NCBI GenBank assembly: GCA_963848635.1
Contig: CAWKEA010000005.1
Coordinates: 352,585-416,584, forward strand
Origin: an uncultured bacterium
Lineage (GTDB): Bacteria > Patescibacteriota > Minisyncoccia > Phycocordibacterales > PALSA-1337
Direction of reading: 5' to 3'
Length of the DNA stretch: 64,000 bases
Below the pieces are notes generated by a model, which ran no database searches, was not told the DNA's origin, and saw nothing but the letters and a program-made list of their open reading frames with translations. Shown here piece by piece: positions 38,249 through 49,162 of the stretch (its first letter is position 1; each line of letters opens with the position of its first letter). The translations under genes and the position numbers were made by a program.

Positions 38249-39287
38249 ATGTCGTTCAAGATATCATACCAAATAAAAGATAAAGACATCAGAAATCTAG
38301 AACTTATATCTAAAACTGATGGGTATTTACAAGTATTAAGAATGAACCCCGTATGGTCAACTTTGCTCGAAAAAGAAGCTAGGATAACGGAAGCGGTAAG
38401 TTCCATCGGAATAGAAGGAACGATAATTTCCATTGAGCAAGCAAACGCAATCACTGTTGGTGAAGAAAACGTACATGTTGGGGAAAAGGAAAAGAGAGAA
38501 TTTCTCGGCTATTATGAGTCATTAAACTATATTAGAGGTGAAATCGATAGCCCACTAACACTGCAATTACTCCTTAAAATCCATGGAAAGATTACAGCTG
38601 GTGATCCAAAAGCTTCTCCTGGCAAAATAAGAACTGATTTGAGGGCTGTCGCAAAAGATGGAAAAGTCATATACAAAGCACCTCCACCAGAACACCTCAG
38701 TTTTCTTTTAAGAAGCTTCATTGAATGGTTCAATAATACCGCTTCAGACAAGGCTATTTCACCAGTTATAGCGGCTGCAATATGTCATTTTTGGTTTGTA
38801 TGGATACATCCATTCTGTGATGGTAACGGGAAGAGTTGGAAGATTACTTACAACGTTTCTACTATTGAAAAAGAAGTCTGAGGGAGTTAAATATTTTGCT
38901 CTCTCAAATGATTACAATAAGGAAAAAGATGGATATTATGACTCTTTAAAAAAGACTAACGTATGCGATCCAGAGGTTCCATCAATGAATTTTGACAACG
39001 ACTTATCACTCTGGATAACTTATTTTATATATTCATACTTAGTTCAGATGGAAGATATAAAAGAGGTTACAAATCGGATATTACAATTGAATATAAAAAT
39101 TGAACATCTCAGAGAGGATGGCTTAATTACTTCAACTCACAACAAAGCACTCGCATTTTTATCATCAAGAAAAAAGACATCTTACCAAGAATTTGAAGGG
39201 GCACTTAAAATTTTCTGCTCCGAGAGTAAATCAAATATTAAAACCCCTCCGCTCAGCACGTATACTTGTCGAGGAACAGATAGGTAA
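38249..39287 (+). CDS. Fic/Doc family protein (frameshift inside the Fic motif near 38845)
   Basis: HPFCDGNG in ORF 38249..38881 continues as RVGRLLTTFLLLKKK in ORF 38796..39287, together forming HPFxDGNGRxxR. Confidence 0.65.
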
Positions 39288-41260
39288 AACCGTATGGTTT
39301 AAGTTAGGATCCCCAGAAGACGAATAACCTGCAGGACATTGGCTAGGATTAGTGTACGTAGTTGTTGGGTAAGGATAATTAGTAGGACTCATAACAGTAA
39401 AGTAATTGTCGCTGTAGTCGTAGGCTTGAAGCACTGGTTCCGGAACACAACCAACATAACCAGCAGGACAAGTCGTACCGGCAGGAAGCGAAGTTTGCAA
39501 GGTAGCATATATCTTGTCTTGTCCAAGATAATTCGTAGGCAGAACTACTTGGAACGACTTCAACCCTGTGGTGCCGTTTATCGAACCGCCCCCAAGCGAA
39601 TATCCATTGCTTAGATCGCCGTTACCATTTGAATTTTCCAAGTAAAGAGCAACGCCGCTAGTGGTGACTTTCGTCGGGTCTCCGGTGACATTAACTGTAA
39701 CTGTTTGGGTTGTTCCTGCTTGCCACACCTCTCCTCCATTCGGCGAGACGATGTTTATGTCAGGCAAGTTTGAAGTCTGGCTTGAAGTTATCGTGAACGT
39801 ATTGTCGCTCGAATCGCAATTGCTCGTGCCTGATTAGGCAGATTTGAACAGTGTACTGGCCGTCTGGAATCGATTGAGATGTGCCAGAATAATTCGTCGC
39901 TGTGCCCACATTCCAATTATATGAATTCTGATTGATCGGAATATTCGTGGCGATGGTATAAGGGGCATACGCGATCGCCGGACAAACCTGCGTCGTGCAG
40001 ACATACTTTTGAGTGATCTTCAGATCTGCATACGCTGCCGCGAAATAATACGGCGACGTCCATGTTATCTGTTGGTTCATGCCGCGAGCCCATACTTCTC
40101 CGCCATTCGGTGAGATGATACGGAGCGAGCCTGCAGTATTGCTGCTGCCAACAACGACCGTCGAGCTTGTCTGCGCCTGCAAACCAGAACTATTTCTCAC
40201 GGTAAAAGTGACTGTATAGGTACCAGCGCTCGAGTATGAATGGGTAAAGGTCGTGCTCTGATTGAACTGAGGCGAAGCAATGCCTGACACATATGCTGCA
40301 GTCGGATTAACCACATCTCCCCAATCCACAGAATAATTTAGGGTTCCATTCAAAGGATCAGTAGCATGCACCGTCCATGTCCCCGTTTGATTTACAGTGA
40401 GCGACGTCGGCGCATCTATGCCGCTTATGACGGGAGTTTGGCTGTTCGAAACGCTCGATGAAGAGATGGTAAAGTTGTTGTCGCTCTCGGCACACTGCGT
40501 GCTGTTGTTTACATTTGTCGGACATATTTGGATTTTGTATTGACCAGTAGTCGCTGTACCGCTGCAATATGAAGTTCCGTTAGAATTCGTGTACATGGTA
40601 GCAAGCGCTGGGCATCCGAAAGATTGAATATTTCCGACATTCCATACATACGAACCTGAATTCAGGCTTACTCCGCTCGCAATAGTTTGTGGTGCGAGGA
40701 CCGCTATCATGCAGCGCGGATTTGCTCCCGGCAACGCACACGCAGGCAGCGCATGCTCGAGCTTGATGTCTCCTGTTTGGTTGAGAATGTTTGAAAGATC
40801 CTGTCCAAGTAATATTTTGCGTCGTCCCCAAAGCCCACGCCTCGCCCCCATTCGGCGAAATCACGCGAAATGAAGTTCCAGAATTACCACCCTGGTTGCC
40901 TCCGTTACCATAATGACTGCTCCAATAGGCGCGAGTGATCGGTCCAAAAAACCCGTACGCCGGGAGACCCGCTGCGGTCTGATATGCTTCTACGGCAGCC
41001 ATCGTCTGAAAACCATAATATCCCTTTGTATTTGCACCGGAACTTATGGACGGTATGTTGTAGCCATTGGCGATGAGCCAAGTCTGTAAATTAGCAACAT
41101 CCTGACCTGTGTTGCCAAGGCGGAGATCGTTGTTGAAGGTGTAGGTTTGGGCCTCTGTTGTAGTGCCAACAACGCAAACGATTGCAAAAAAGAAACAAGC
41201 GAATATAAGCGATTTTTTCATGTTTGTATATTGGGTTATGCTTGATGACGAATGATTCAA
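39231..41260 (-). CDS. secreted protein with peptidoglycan-binding domain and repeated Kre9/KNH-like Ser/Thr-rich modules (two frameshifts, near 39815 and 40845)
   Basis: signal peptide; PG_binding_1-like LRLGNTGQDVANLQTWLIANGY...YYGFQTMAAVEAYQTAAGL; repeats (R/I)ISPNGGE(V/A)W..G..Q.ITW and GQY.(V/I)QIC across three overlapping ORFs. Confidence 0.55.
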
Positions 41261-41352
41261 GCAATTATTTCAGCCAAGCAAAGCTTAGCACTACCGAACA
41301 ATAAAGAAAAGCCCTAGTATAGGGCTTTTCAAAATGATATACCATTAGGTTC

Positions 41353-43521
41353 CTACTTCCCCCTTTCCGCGACGATCTCTTTTTCTATATTCGGCGGAAC
41401 GACGTCGTAGTGATCGAATTCCATAGTGGCAGAGCCTTGACCGGATGTCATTGAGCGGAGCGCTGTCGTATAGCCGAACATCTCTGACAGAGGGACTTTT
41501 GCGTGGAGGACCTTTGCCTGGCCGCGCTCAGTCATTTCTTCGATGGTACCGCGTTTTGACGAGATCGATCCTGTTATATCGCCCATGTATTTGTCCGGGA
41601 AGAGGACCTCGATCTTCATGATAGGTTCGAGGATGACAGGTCGAGCGCGCTTCGCGGCTTCTTGGAAAGCTTGCGATGCGGCGATCTTGTAAGCGATTTC
41701 AGATGAGTCGACATCGTGATATGAACCGTAGGTCAGCTCACATGAGATATTGACCATTGGGAAACCTGCGACAATGCCGCGAGCCATGGCTTCGTGCACG
41801 CCTTTTTCGACGGCTGGAATGAATTCCTGCGGAATGACGCCGCCTTTGATCGAGTTGACGAATTCAAAGTCGTCATAACGAGAGATATTCTTCGGAATCT
41901 TTGCGTCTTTTTCAAGAGGCTCCATCGGCTTGATGTTCAGTTTGACGTGACCGTACTGGCCCTTGCCTCCTGTCTGCTTGATATATTTGTGCTCCGCCTC
42001 TGCTGTGCCCATGATAGTCTCGCGATATGCCACCTGTGGCTCGCCTGTATTGGCTTCGACGCCGAATTCGCGCTTCATGCGGTCGACCATGATCTCGAGC
42101 TGGAGCTCACCGACGCCAGCGATGATAGTCTCGCCTGTTTCCTGATTGGATAGGACATGGAATGTTGGATCCTCAATCGTAAGTTTACGCAGAGCCAGGC
42201 CCATTTTCTCCTGGTCTGCCTTTGTCTTCGGCTCGATGCGGAGCGACACGACAGGTTCCATGAATTTGATGGCTTCGAGTGTGATCGGATTGTTCTCGTC
42301 GCAGAACGTGTCTGACGTGCGGGCGTCTTTCAAGCCGACTGCGGCGGCGATCTCGCCTGCAAAGACTTTCTTGACCTCTTCACGCTTGTCAGCCTGGAGA
42401 CGGACGATGCGGCCGAGACGCTCTTTCTTGCCCGTTCTGGAATTATAGATGTATGTTCCTGCCTCTATCGTTCCTGAATAGACTCGAAAGAACGTAAGCG
42501 CTCCGACGAACGGGTCGTTTTGCAATTTAAAGGCAAGCGCGCAGAAAGGATCGGAATCAGAAGGATGGCGTTCGATTTCTTCTCCCGTGTCAGTATTCTT
42601 GCCTTTTGTGGCGGGCATATCCAATGGCGATGGCAAATAGTCGACGACAGCATCCAAAATGAGCTGAACGCCGCAGTTTTTGAGTGCTGAACCGGTGAAG
42701 ACCGGGAAGATCTTGTTGTCGATGACTGCTTTTCTCGCTGTAGCCTTGAATTCTTCGATGCTGACTTCCTTGCCCTCGAGGAATTTCTGCATGACTGCAT
42801 CGTCATATTCGACGACTTTTTCGAACATCTCCGTGCGATATTTCTTTGCGTCAGCGAGCATATTCTCCGGGATCTCCTTTTCGACGATCTTGCTTCCCAT
42901 TTCCCCTTCAAAATAATATGCTTTCATCTGGAGAAGATCGACAACGCCCTTATGCTCGCCTTCGAGACCGATAGGCAACTGGAAACGCACTGCGTTCTTG
43001 TTGAGGCGTTCAAGGATGGATTTATATGAATTCTCAAAAGAAGCGCCCATGCGGTCGAGCTTGTTGATGAAGCAGAGGCGTGGCACTTTTGCCTCGTCGG
43101 CATAGCGCCAGTTGGTCTCGGATTGAGGTTCGACGCCTGCGACTCCGTCAAAGACGACGACAGCGCCGTCCAAAACGCGCAACGACCTCTTGACCTCGAC
43201 GGTAAAGTCGATGTGTCCTGGGGTGTCGATGATATTGAAACGGACTTTCTTTGAAAAATCGGGCTGCCCTTCCTTCGTCAGGGTCTTCGACATGTACGTC
43301 GGATTCCAGAAACAAGTGATAGCTGCGGCGGTGATCGTGATGCCGCGCTCGCGCTCCTGTTCCATCCAGTCCGTCGTCGTATTCCCGTCATGGACCTCGC
43401 CGATCTTGTGGGTCATGCCGGTGTAATACAAAATGCGCTCCGATGTGGTCGTCTTGCCAGCGTCGATGTGAGCGATGATGCCGAAATTTCGTACTTTGTC
43501 GAGTGAATAGTCGCGGTTCAT
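41353..43521 (-). CDS. fusA: translation elongation factor G
   Basis: [16 protein letters not shown]1, [13 protein letters not shown]; 722 aa. Confidence 0.95.
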   Translation of the reverse strand: MNRDYSLDKVRNFGIIAHIDAGKTTTSERILYYTGMTHKIGEVHDGNTTTDWMEQERERGITITAAAITCFWNPTYMSKTLTKEGQPDFSKKVRFNIIDTPGHIDFTVEVKRSLRVLDGAVVVFDGVAGVEPQSETNWRYADEAKVPRLCFINKLDRMGASFENSYKSILERLNKNAVRFQLPIGLEGEHKGVVDLLQMKAYYFEGEMGSKIVEKEIPENMLADAKKYRTEMFEKVVEYDDAVMQKFLEGKEVSIEEFKATARKAVIDNKIFPVFTGSALKNCGVQLILDAVVDYLPSPLDMPATKGKNTDTGEEIERHPSDSDPFCALAFKLQNDPFVGALTFFRVYSGTIEAGTYIYNSRTGKKERLGRIVRLQADKREEVKKVFAGEIAAAVGLKDARTSDTFCDENNPITLEAIKFMEPVVSLRIEPKTKADQEKMGLALRKLTIEDPTFHVLSNQETGETIIAGVGELQLEIMVDRMKREFGVEANTGEPQVAYRETIMGTAEAEHKYIKQTGGKGQYGHVKLNIKPMEPLEKDAKIPKNISRYDDFEFVNSIKGGVIPQEFIPAVEKGVHEAMARGIVAGFPMVNISCELTYGSYHDVDSSEIAYKIAASQAFQEAAKRARPVILEPIMKIEVLFPDKYMGDITGSISSKRGTIEEMTERGQAKVLHAKVPLSEMFGYTTALRSMTSGQGSATMEFDHYDVVPPNIEKEIVAERGK

Positions 43522-43893
43522 GATAAGTTAATGATTAATCAAGCTTTTCAGGGCTATTTTTCTTAATAAATTAAAGAATACTTTCTTTCGTCTTCGCTCG
43601 GACGATATATCCGCTAGCGGCTACATCGATCCTCGCTAGCCGAAATAAAAAAGCGTCGAGGCTTTTAGGTAAGGCGATTGTACAGGAAATGAGCGGAAAA
43701 TGCAAAAATCACCTCGGCAATCGCTTTGATTCTTTTTTCTTGCCCTTGTATTTAGCTAAAATCCTTTCTGAGACAAGATTAAAAGATTTCTATCAGTTCT
43801 TCATGCAAATGATCGAACTTATCAATATTCGATTCATCGGACCATTTATTGCCTTTGGCAAATTCTTTGACCAAAATCTGTGCTTGCGATATT

Positions 43894-44337
43894 TTAATTA
43901 CTTTTTTCATAAAAATGGTTTAGAAAATCAGTGAAACTTTTTACTAGATCATCTGGCTTACTGAAAAGTGCGACTGTATAATTGTCTTTTGAGACACCTC
44001 TCAACAATTTTGATACGTTGCTAAGGTCCATAACACCGACCATGGTCGGTGTTTTACGAAGCTCTGTCATATAACCGATCTCATAACCTAGACCTGTTCC
44101 TGGATAATCGCCTAACGCTAGCAAGCAATCCGCAGACTTTAAACATTCAATGTCGTAACCATAGACCTCTTTCGGTTCTGGATTCTCCTTGATTGCAGAA
44201 AGAAAATCTATTACATTATACCCTTTTCTTTTGAGTTCCTCTTTCACATTATCCAGTAACGAAGCAAAGGCTTGTTTTTGCTCGCTTGGAACATGTGTGA
44301 GCGCGCAAGCGACATATACTTTAATAGAGGCTTTCAT
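43894..44337 (-). CDS. nucleoside 2-deoxyribosyltransferase-like protein
   Basis: KVYVACALT and LGDYPGTGLGYEIGYM resemble the NDT-family Rossmann-like fold motifs (D..GTafE.G.a). Confidence 0.5.
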   Translation of the reverse strand: MKASIKVYVACALTHVPSEQKQAFASLLDNVKEELKRKGYNVIDFLSAIKENPEPKEVYGYDIECLKSADCLLALGDYPGTGLGYEIGYMTELRKTPTMVGVMDLSNVSKLLRGVSKDNYTVALFSKPDDLVKSFTDFLNHFYEKSN

Positions 44338-44397
44338 GACGTCATGGTATCACTTCTTTAATTCAGCGCAATTATTTTGAAATCCGACCTCTGTAGA

Positions 44398-44943
44398 TCA
44401 CTTTTCGACATTAAACCCCATCTTCCCTTCTTCTTTGACTGGCTCAGCCGTCAATTTCTTGAGCGCGCCGTAGATGTTGACCAGATGTTGGCTGTGCTTT
44501 CTCTGCTCACGCTCGAGCTCGGCAATTTTTTGAGCAAGATCTTTGTTTGTGGCAAGCAATTCACGTATTCTGATAAATGCACGGATGATTGATATATTCA
44601 TTTCCACTGCATGCCTGTTTTTCAGAACCGATGATAGCATTGCTACGCCATGCTCAGTAAAAGCATAAGGTTTAAAACGAGGATCTCTGTGTTTTTGGGA
44701 ACCGGTCACAAATTGTGACCGGTTGATTTGCTCAAATTCATCACCCGAAAGCTGAAACATGAAATCTGTAGGGAAACGATCCATATTCCTTTTAACTGCC
44801 TGATTCAAGACTTTCGTCGATACGCCGTAGAGTTCTGCCAAGTCTTTGTCGAGTATTACTTTTACCCCTCGAACGATAAAAATCCGTTGGACTATCCGCT
44901 CAACAGGAATTTCAATTTTTACAAGAGATTTTTCTTCTTTCAT
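44398..44943 (-). CDS. ORF6N (KilA-N-like) domain DNA-binding protein
   Basis: RGVKVILDKDLAELYGVSTKVLNQAVKRNMDRFPTDFMFQL matches the ORF6N domain; C-terminal coiled coil. Confidence 0.6.
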   Translation of the reverse strand: MKEEKSLVKIEIPVERIVQRIFIVRGVKVILDKDLAELYGVSTKVLNQAVKRNMDRFPTDFMFQLSGDEFEQINRSQFVTGSQKHRDPRFKPYAFTEHGVAMLSSVLKNRHAVEMNISIIRAFIRIRELLATNKDLAQKIAELEREQRKHSQHLVNIYGALKKLTAEPVKEEGKMGFNVEK

Positions 44944-45074
44944 TCCTTAATTATATCAAGCAATAATAGTTTTAGATTGCAATTTTCAACCTCAAAAGTG
45001 CACATTATGTGGAAAATCTTGATGTTTCAATTTGCGATATCAGAACCTATCACAATCTGCGATAGGTTCAAATT

Positions 45075-45620
45075 TCAATTCCCCATCCAAATCGCCCAGT
45101 TCAGGTATCCGGCAAAAGTGACCCAGATGATATAGGGCAAGAGAAGCCACGCGGCGGCTTTCGAGACGCGATAGAAATTTATGATGAGGTAGAGAATGGA
45201 GAACCATAGGGCAAGCAGTTCAAAGAAAGCAAGCCCGGGCTGGTGCAGGCCAAAAAATATGTACGACCACAAAACATTCAAGACAAGCTGGACCGCAAAT
45301 ATCGCGATGATGTTCTGCCTCTGCCAATCGCCGCTCCAAAATCGGCGCGTCCAAGGATTCCAGCCGCGATCGCGATCGGTGAGCATTTGGTTCTGCACTT
45401 TCCAATCCTTTTTCCAAACAACATAAAGCGCGATGCCCATAAGGATAAAAAGCATCGTCCACACCGGACCAAAGACCCATGCTGGCGGATTTAAAGACGG
45501 CTTTGCGAGAGTCGCGTACCAAGAGCCGATCGAAGGCAAAGTGACGAGCGAACCGACCCAGCCAGCGAAGAGAGGGACGAAAAGCGAAACGATGAGCTTT
45601 AACCAATCAGATTTCTTCAT
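45075..45620 (-). CDS. tspO: TspO/MBR family tryptophan-rich sensory protein
   Basis: five TM helices, Trp-rich (PAWVFGPVWTMLF, NVLWSYIFF); start taken at MKKSDWLK rather than the listed upstream extension. Confidence 0.7.
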   Translation of the reverse strand: MKKSDWLKLIVSLFVPLFAGWVGSLVTLPSIGSWYATLAKPSLNPPAWVFGPVWTMLFILMGIALYVVWKKDWKVQNQMLTDRDRGWNPWTRRFWSGDWQRQNIIAIFAVQLVLNVLWSYIFFGLHQPGLAFFELLALWFSILYLIINFYRVSKAAAWLLLPYIIWVTFAGYLNWAIWMGN

Positions 45621-45750
45621 GGAAAAAGTATAGCACATACTACTAGCCTTTCTTGAGGCAGGCGGAGATACAAAAGCAGATCTTATACAAGAAAAACCCT
45701 TTCGGGACCTTTTCTTTTCTGAAATTTTGGCGATATGAGGCTTACCAGGA

Positions 45751-45847
45751 CTTACCAGGCAAAATGGGCGCACCCATGCGGGCATGCTCCATTTTGCAGC
45801 TGGAATTGCTTCGCTATCGCTCGCAATTACCAGGCAAAATGGGCAAA
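45751..45847. repeat. short direct duplication of the rpsG 3' end (TTACCAGGCAAAATGGGC x2, about 80 bp apart) plus inverted partial copy
   Basis: 45751..45767 and 45831..45847 identical 17-mers; CCATTTTGCAGCTGG at about 45798 is a reverse-complement-like copy. Confidence 0.6.
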
Positions 45848-46297
45848 TGCCTTGTTGGCTTCGGCCATCTTGTGCATGGTCTCGCGCTTCTTGACGGCTT
45901 CGCCTTCGTTCTTTGACGCGGCAATGATCTCGTCTGCGAGCTTTTCGTGCATCGGCTTGCCTTTCTTGTTGCGAGCGGCTTCGACGATCCATTTCATCGA
46001 GAGAGCGCTCGAGCGCGCCGGGCGCACTTCGCGCGGAACCTGGTAGTTCGCACCGCCGACGCGGCGTGAGCGGACTTCCATGGCAGGAGTCGTGTTCTTG
46101 AGGGCCGCCTCGAAGAGCTCGACTGGATTCTCTACTTTTGCCTTTTCTTTCAAAAGGTCGAACGTGCTATAGACGATCTCGCGGGCCGTGCTCTTCTTGC
46201 CTGAATCCATGCAGTAATTGATGAACTTGCTTATTTTGACTGATTCATAGCGCGAGTCAGGGCGGATGATCGGTTTATTCTTTATTTTGCGTCTCAT
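45827..46297 (-). CDS. rpsG: 30S ribosomal protein S7
   Basis: [17 protein letters not shown]...[13 protein letters not shown]. Confidence 0.9.
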   Translation of the reverse strand: MRRKIKNKPIIRPDSRYESVKISKFINYCMDSGKKSTAREIVYSTFDLLKEKAKVENPVELFEAALKNTTPAMEVRSRRVGGANYQVPREVRPARSSALSMKWIVEAARNKKGKPMHEKLADEIIAASKNEGEAVKKRETMHKMAEANKAFAHFAW

Positions 46298-46317
46298 GAT
46301 TTTGTTTAGAATTAGAT

Positions 46318-46389
46318 ACTAGAAGTAGAAAATAGAAGGAATTCAAGCAGTTTTGGAAAATTCTGATTCTATTTTCTATTTCTACTTTC
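46318..46389. repeat. family-2 intergenic hairpin repeat (rpsL-rpsG spacer)
   Basis: GAAGTAGAAAATAGAAGG ... TTCTATTTTCTATTTCTACTTTC. Confidence 0.75.
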
Positions 46390-46393
46390 TTTA

Positions 46394-46810
46394 TTATTTA
46401 GCCGCTTTCGGCTTCTTGTTGCCGTACTGACTGCGACCTTTTCTGCGGGCTTCGACGCCTGCGCAGTCGAGAACTCCGCGAACGACTGAATAGCGCAGAC
46501 CGACGTCCTTGACGCGGCCTCCGCGAAGGAGGACGACTGAGTGTTCCTGGAGGTTGTGGCCCATGCCGGGAACGTAGGCTGTGACTTCCATGCCGTTCGA
46601 AAGGCGCACGCGGGCGATCTTGCGGATGGCGGAGTTAGGCTTTTTCGGAGTCTTTGTCGTGACTTTGATGCAAACACCGCGTTTGAAAGGCGCTGGGAAG
46701 AAGCTCGGACGGTTCTCGATCGAGTTGAATGTGCGGGTGAGGGCGACAGACTTCGACTTTCTCTTGAAGCTGACGCGGCTCTTCTTTGTGAGCTGGTTTA
46801 TTGTTGGCAT
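46394..46810 (-). CDS. rpsL: 30S ribosomal protein S12
   Basis: [10 protein letters not shown]...[18 protein letters not shown]. Confidence 0.9.
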   Translation of the reverse strand: MPTINQLTKKSRVSFKRKSKSVALTRTFNSIENRPSFFPAPFKRGVCIKVTTKTPKKPNSAIRKIARVRLSNGMEVTAYVPGMGHNLQEHSVVLLRGGRVKDVGLRYSVVRGVLDCAGVEARRKGRSQYGNKKPKAAK

Positions 46811-46825
46811 TGATTAAAGGATTAA

Positions 46826-46902
46826 GAGAATAGAAGTAGAAAATAGAAGGGGTGCAAGAATGCTCGCATCCTCCTTATTCCATTTTCTATTTCTACTTTC
46901 TG
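46826..46902. repeat. family-2 hairpin repeat (upstream of rpsL)
   Basis: GAATAGAAGTAGAAAATAGAAGG-GGTGCAAGAATGCTCGCATCC-...CCATTTTCTATTTCTACTTTC. Confidence 0.75.
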
Positions 46903-47045
46903 TTGGTTCCGCCTGACTTTTTCACTCGATCTCCCCTTGAGATGTGAGGAGATGAATTACTCATGCGAAACCGTTATTAATTACGTGCTTCTTTCTAAAG
47001 AAGCAGTGGGGGCAGTCTACTTTATTTTAGGGGAAATGGCAAATT

Positions 47046-48152
47046 TTACCTCAGTTCCTGGACAAGCGCCGCGATGCTCTTTGAATACATATCGAAATAA
47101 TCTTGTTCCGTCCTTTTATCTTTCTCCAGCGTATTGACGACGTCCATATGATACCTGCTCATCATAAGAGATGAACGGATCACTCCCAGCCTCATGCCGG
47201 CTTTTATCATTTCAACCGAATCCGGATACATGTTTGAGCCGACTTCCAACATCGCTTTGTCCAAGATATTTTGGAAAGAGGTCGAAGACCACGCGCGAGC
47301 GCGCAGATTTCCGTAATCATACATAATCGCTACGACTGGATCGTCGACTCTGCCGACCCATTCAAAATCCAAAAGCTCAAAATCTCCGTTCTGATGCTTG
47401 TAGACATTGTCTATCTGCATATCGGCGTGGACAAGATAAAAGCCTTTATTGGTCCTTGAATTTATCACTTGAATAAAATCATCTTCAAGAATCTGCATGA
47501 GCCTGGCGCGTACATTCGGCATTCCAGCATAAAGAACGAGCAATTCTTCCACACTTTTTGTGGTTTCATTTCCGTCTTTCGATCTATGTATGATCTCTGT
47601 GCCGAGCAATTTGGAAAATTCTTTTTTGTAGAATCTGATGCTCGAATGGATCAACCTGGTCAGCTTCAGCGTGCTTTGCCGTATGCCGAATCCTGCCTGA
47701 TGGAATGAACAGATGACCTTTACGAGCTTTTGTATCTGCTCTTCAGTGCAGCTCCCATAAAAAGCCGGGTCATCATGCATGAATCCGAATCCGTTCCCGT
47801 CTTCGCGAGTCTCAAAGACAGCATAAGGGACCGGCGGCTTGAAAGAATGTTTTATCACCTCCAGAGTCGGCGAATGAAAATCTTTATCGTCATGGAGTGC
47901 GGACGCGATCTTCACTTGCCTTTCAAATAATTTGAAAGTCCTTTGGGTGCCGTCGAGCATGATTTTGATAAAGCGCTTCTGCCTTCCACCCGCCTCAACC
48001 CGTTCAAGGACCATATTCCCATACCTAACCCCTTTTTGATTGCCCTTTAACAGACTTTGTACATCTGCATCTTCAAAAATGAATCCTTCCGCCTTCAGGA
48101 TCAAAGAAATCCTGTCATAGTTTGCTTTTCGAATAAAAAATCTTTTGAACAT
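47046..48152 (-). CDS. aminoglycoside-phosphotransferase/protein-kinase-like fold protein
   Basis: catalytic-loop-like LVHADMQIDNV and DFEW (DFG-like) motifs. Confidence 0.5.
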   Translation of the reverse strand: MFKRFFIRKANYDRISLILKAEGFIFEDADVQSLLKGNQKGVRYGNMVLERVEAGGRQKRFIKIMLDGTQRTFKLFERQVKIASALHDDKDFHSPTLEVIKHSFKPPVPYAVFETREDGNGFGFMHDDPAFYGSCTEEQIQKLVKVICSFHQAGFGIRQSTLKLTRLIHSSIRFYKKEFSKLLGTEIIHRSKDGNETTKSVEELLVLYAGMPNVRARLMQILEDDFIQVINSRTNKGFYLVHADMQIDNVYKHQNGDFELLDFEWVGRVDDPVVAIMYDYGNLRARAWSSTSFQNILDKAMLEVGSNMYPDSVEMIKAGMRLGVIRSSLMMSRYHMDVVNTLEKDKRTEQDYFDMYSKSIAALVQELR

Positions 48153-48160
48153 ACAATTGA

Positions 48161-48760
48161 TTAAACCCCCGTCAGTGCATGAGTGATGATACCGATAAGC
48201 GGACTGACCAACGGCCAAATGACGAGGAGTGCAATGAGAAGAAAGAAGATCGAGTAGCGTTCAATGGCCATGCGGACGCTGACGAGGCGTGGCGGCAAGA
48301 GAGAAAAAAGGATGTGCGACCCGTCCAAAGGCGGCAGAGGCACGAGATTAAAAAGAGCAAGGACGACGTTGATCGTGACGACATAATAGGATATTTCGAT
48401 GAACGGCAAGGAAAATGGAGTAAAACGGACAAAAAGGCTAAAGACGAGGGCGATGAGAAGGTTACAAGCAGGACCCGCGGCGGCGATGAGAAGCTCGCCG
48501 GAACGCGGATTCTTCAGATTATATGGATTCCACTGGACCGGCTTTGCCCAGCCAAATGTAAAGCCGAACAGCGATGTGACGATCGGCACGACAACGGAGC
48601 CGATGGGATCAATGTGCTTCAATGGATTCAGCGTCAGTCTGCCCTGGATTCGCGGCGTCGGGTCGCCGAGGGCCACAGCGGCATAGCCATGCGACAGCTC
48701 GTGGAGCACCACGGACATGATGAGGATGATTATGGAAAAGATGAGGGAAATGGGGTCCAT
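48161..48760 (-). CDS. site-2 protease family (M50) metallopeptidase
   Basis: HELSHGYAA HExxH in TM helix; multiple TM segments; second metal-ligand region LDGSHI. Confidence 0.7.
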   Translation of the reverse strand: MDPISLIFSIIILIMSVVLHELSHGYAAVALGDPTPRIQGRLTLNPLKHIDPIGSVVVPIVTSLFGFTFGWAKPVQWNPYNLKNPRSGELLIAAAGPACNLLIALVFSLFVRFTPFSLPFIEISYYVVTINVVLALFNLVPLPPLDGSHILFSLLPPRLVSVRMAIERYSIFFLLIALLVIWPLVSPLIGIITHALTGV

Positions 48761-48807
48761 ATTTGCAAAAATACAATAGCATGATATCATCAATCCCACT
48801 AACAAAC

Positions 48808-49050
48808 ATGGCCAAAGTATGCGCGATAACAAAGAGGGGCTCGATGATGGGTGGCGGATATTCGAACCGCACCCGCGCCACACAGTTCAATCCGACCGGA
48901 TCTGTGCGCCGCTACCCCAACCTGCAAAAAAAGCGCATCTACATCCCTGAGCTCAAAAAGACCATGATCCTCACCATCTCGACCCGCGCTCTCAAAACTA
49001 TCCAAAAGAACGGCGCTTACAAGACTTTGAAGAAAGCGGGGTTGATATAA
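48808..49050 (+). CDS. rpmB: 50S ribosomal protein L28
   Basis: MAKVCAITKRG...RRYPNLQKKRIYIPE...RALKTIQKNG. Confidence 0.75.
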   Translation: MAKVCAITKRGSMMGGGYSNRTRATQFNPTGSVRRYPNLQKKRIYIPELKKTMILTISTRALKTIQKNGAYKTLKKAGLI

Positions 49051-49162
49051 TCAAGGTTAATTCTTTGATCTAAAAAAGAAGCTCTAAGGCTTCTTTTTGT
49101 TTTTACTTGCAAATAATAAACATGGCGCTACACTTGATTCAGCACTGAACAAAAGGAAAATT

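Noticed and set aside
45621-45992. N-terminal 124-aa Arg-rich extension of the TspO ORF
   Set aside because: Translation is low-complexity and overlaps the duplicated rpsG 3' repeats; TspO proteins begin at the first TM helix (MKKSDWLK).
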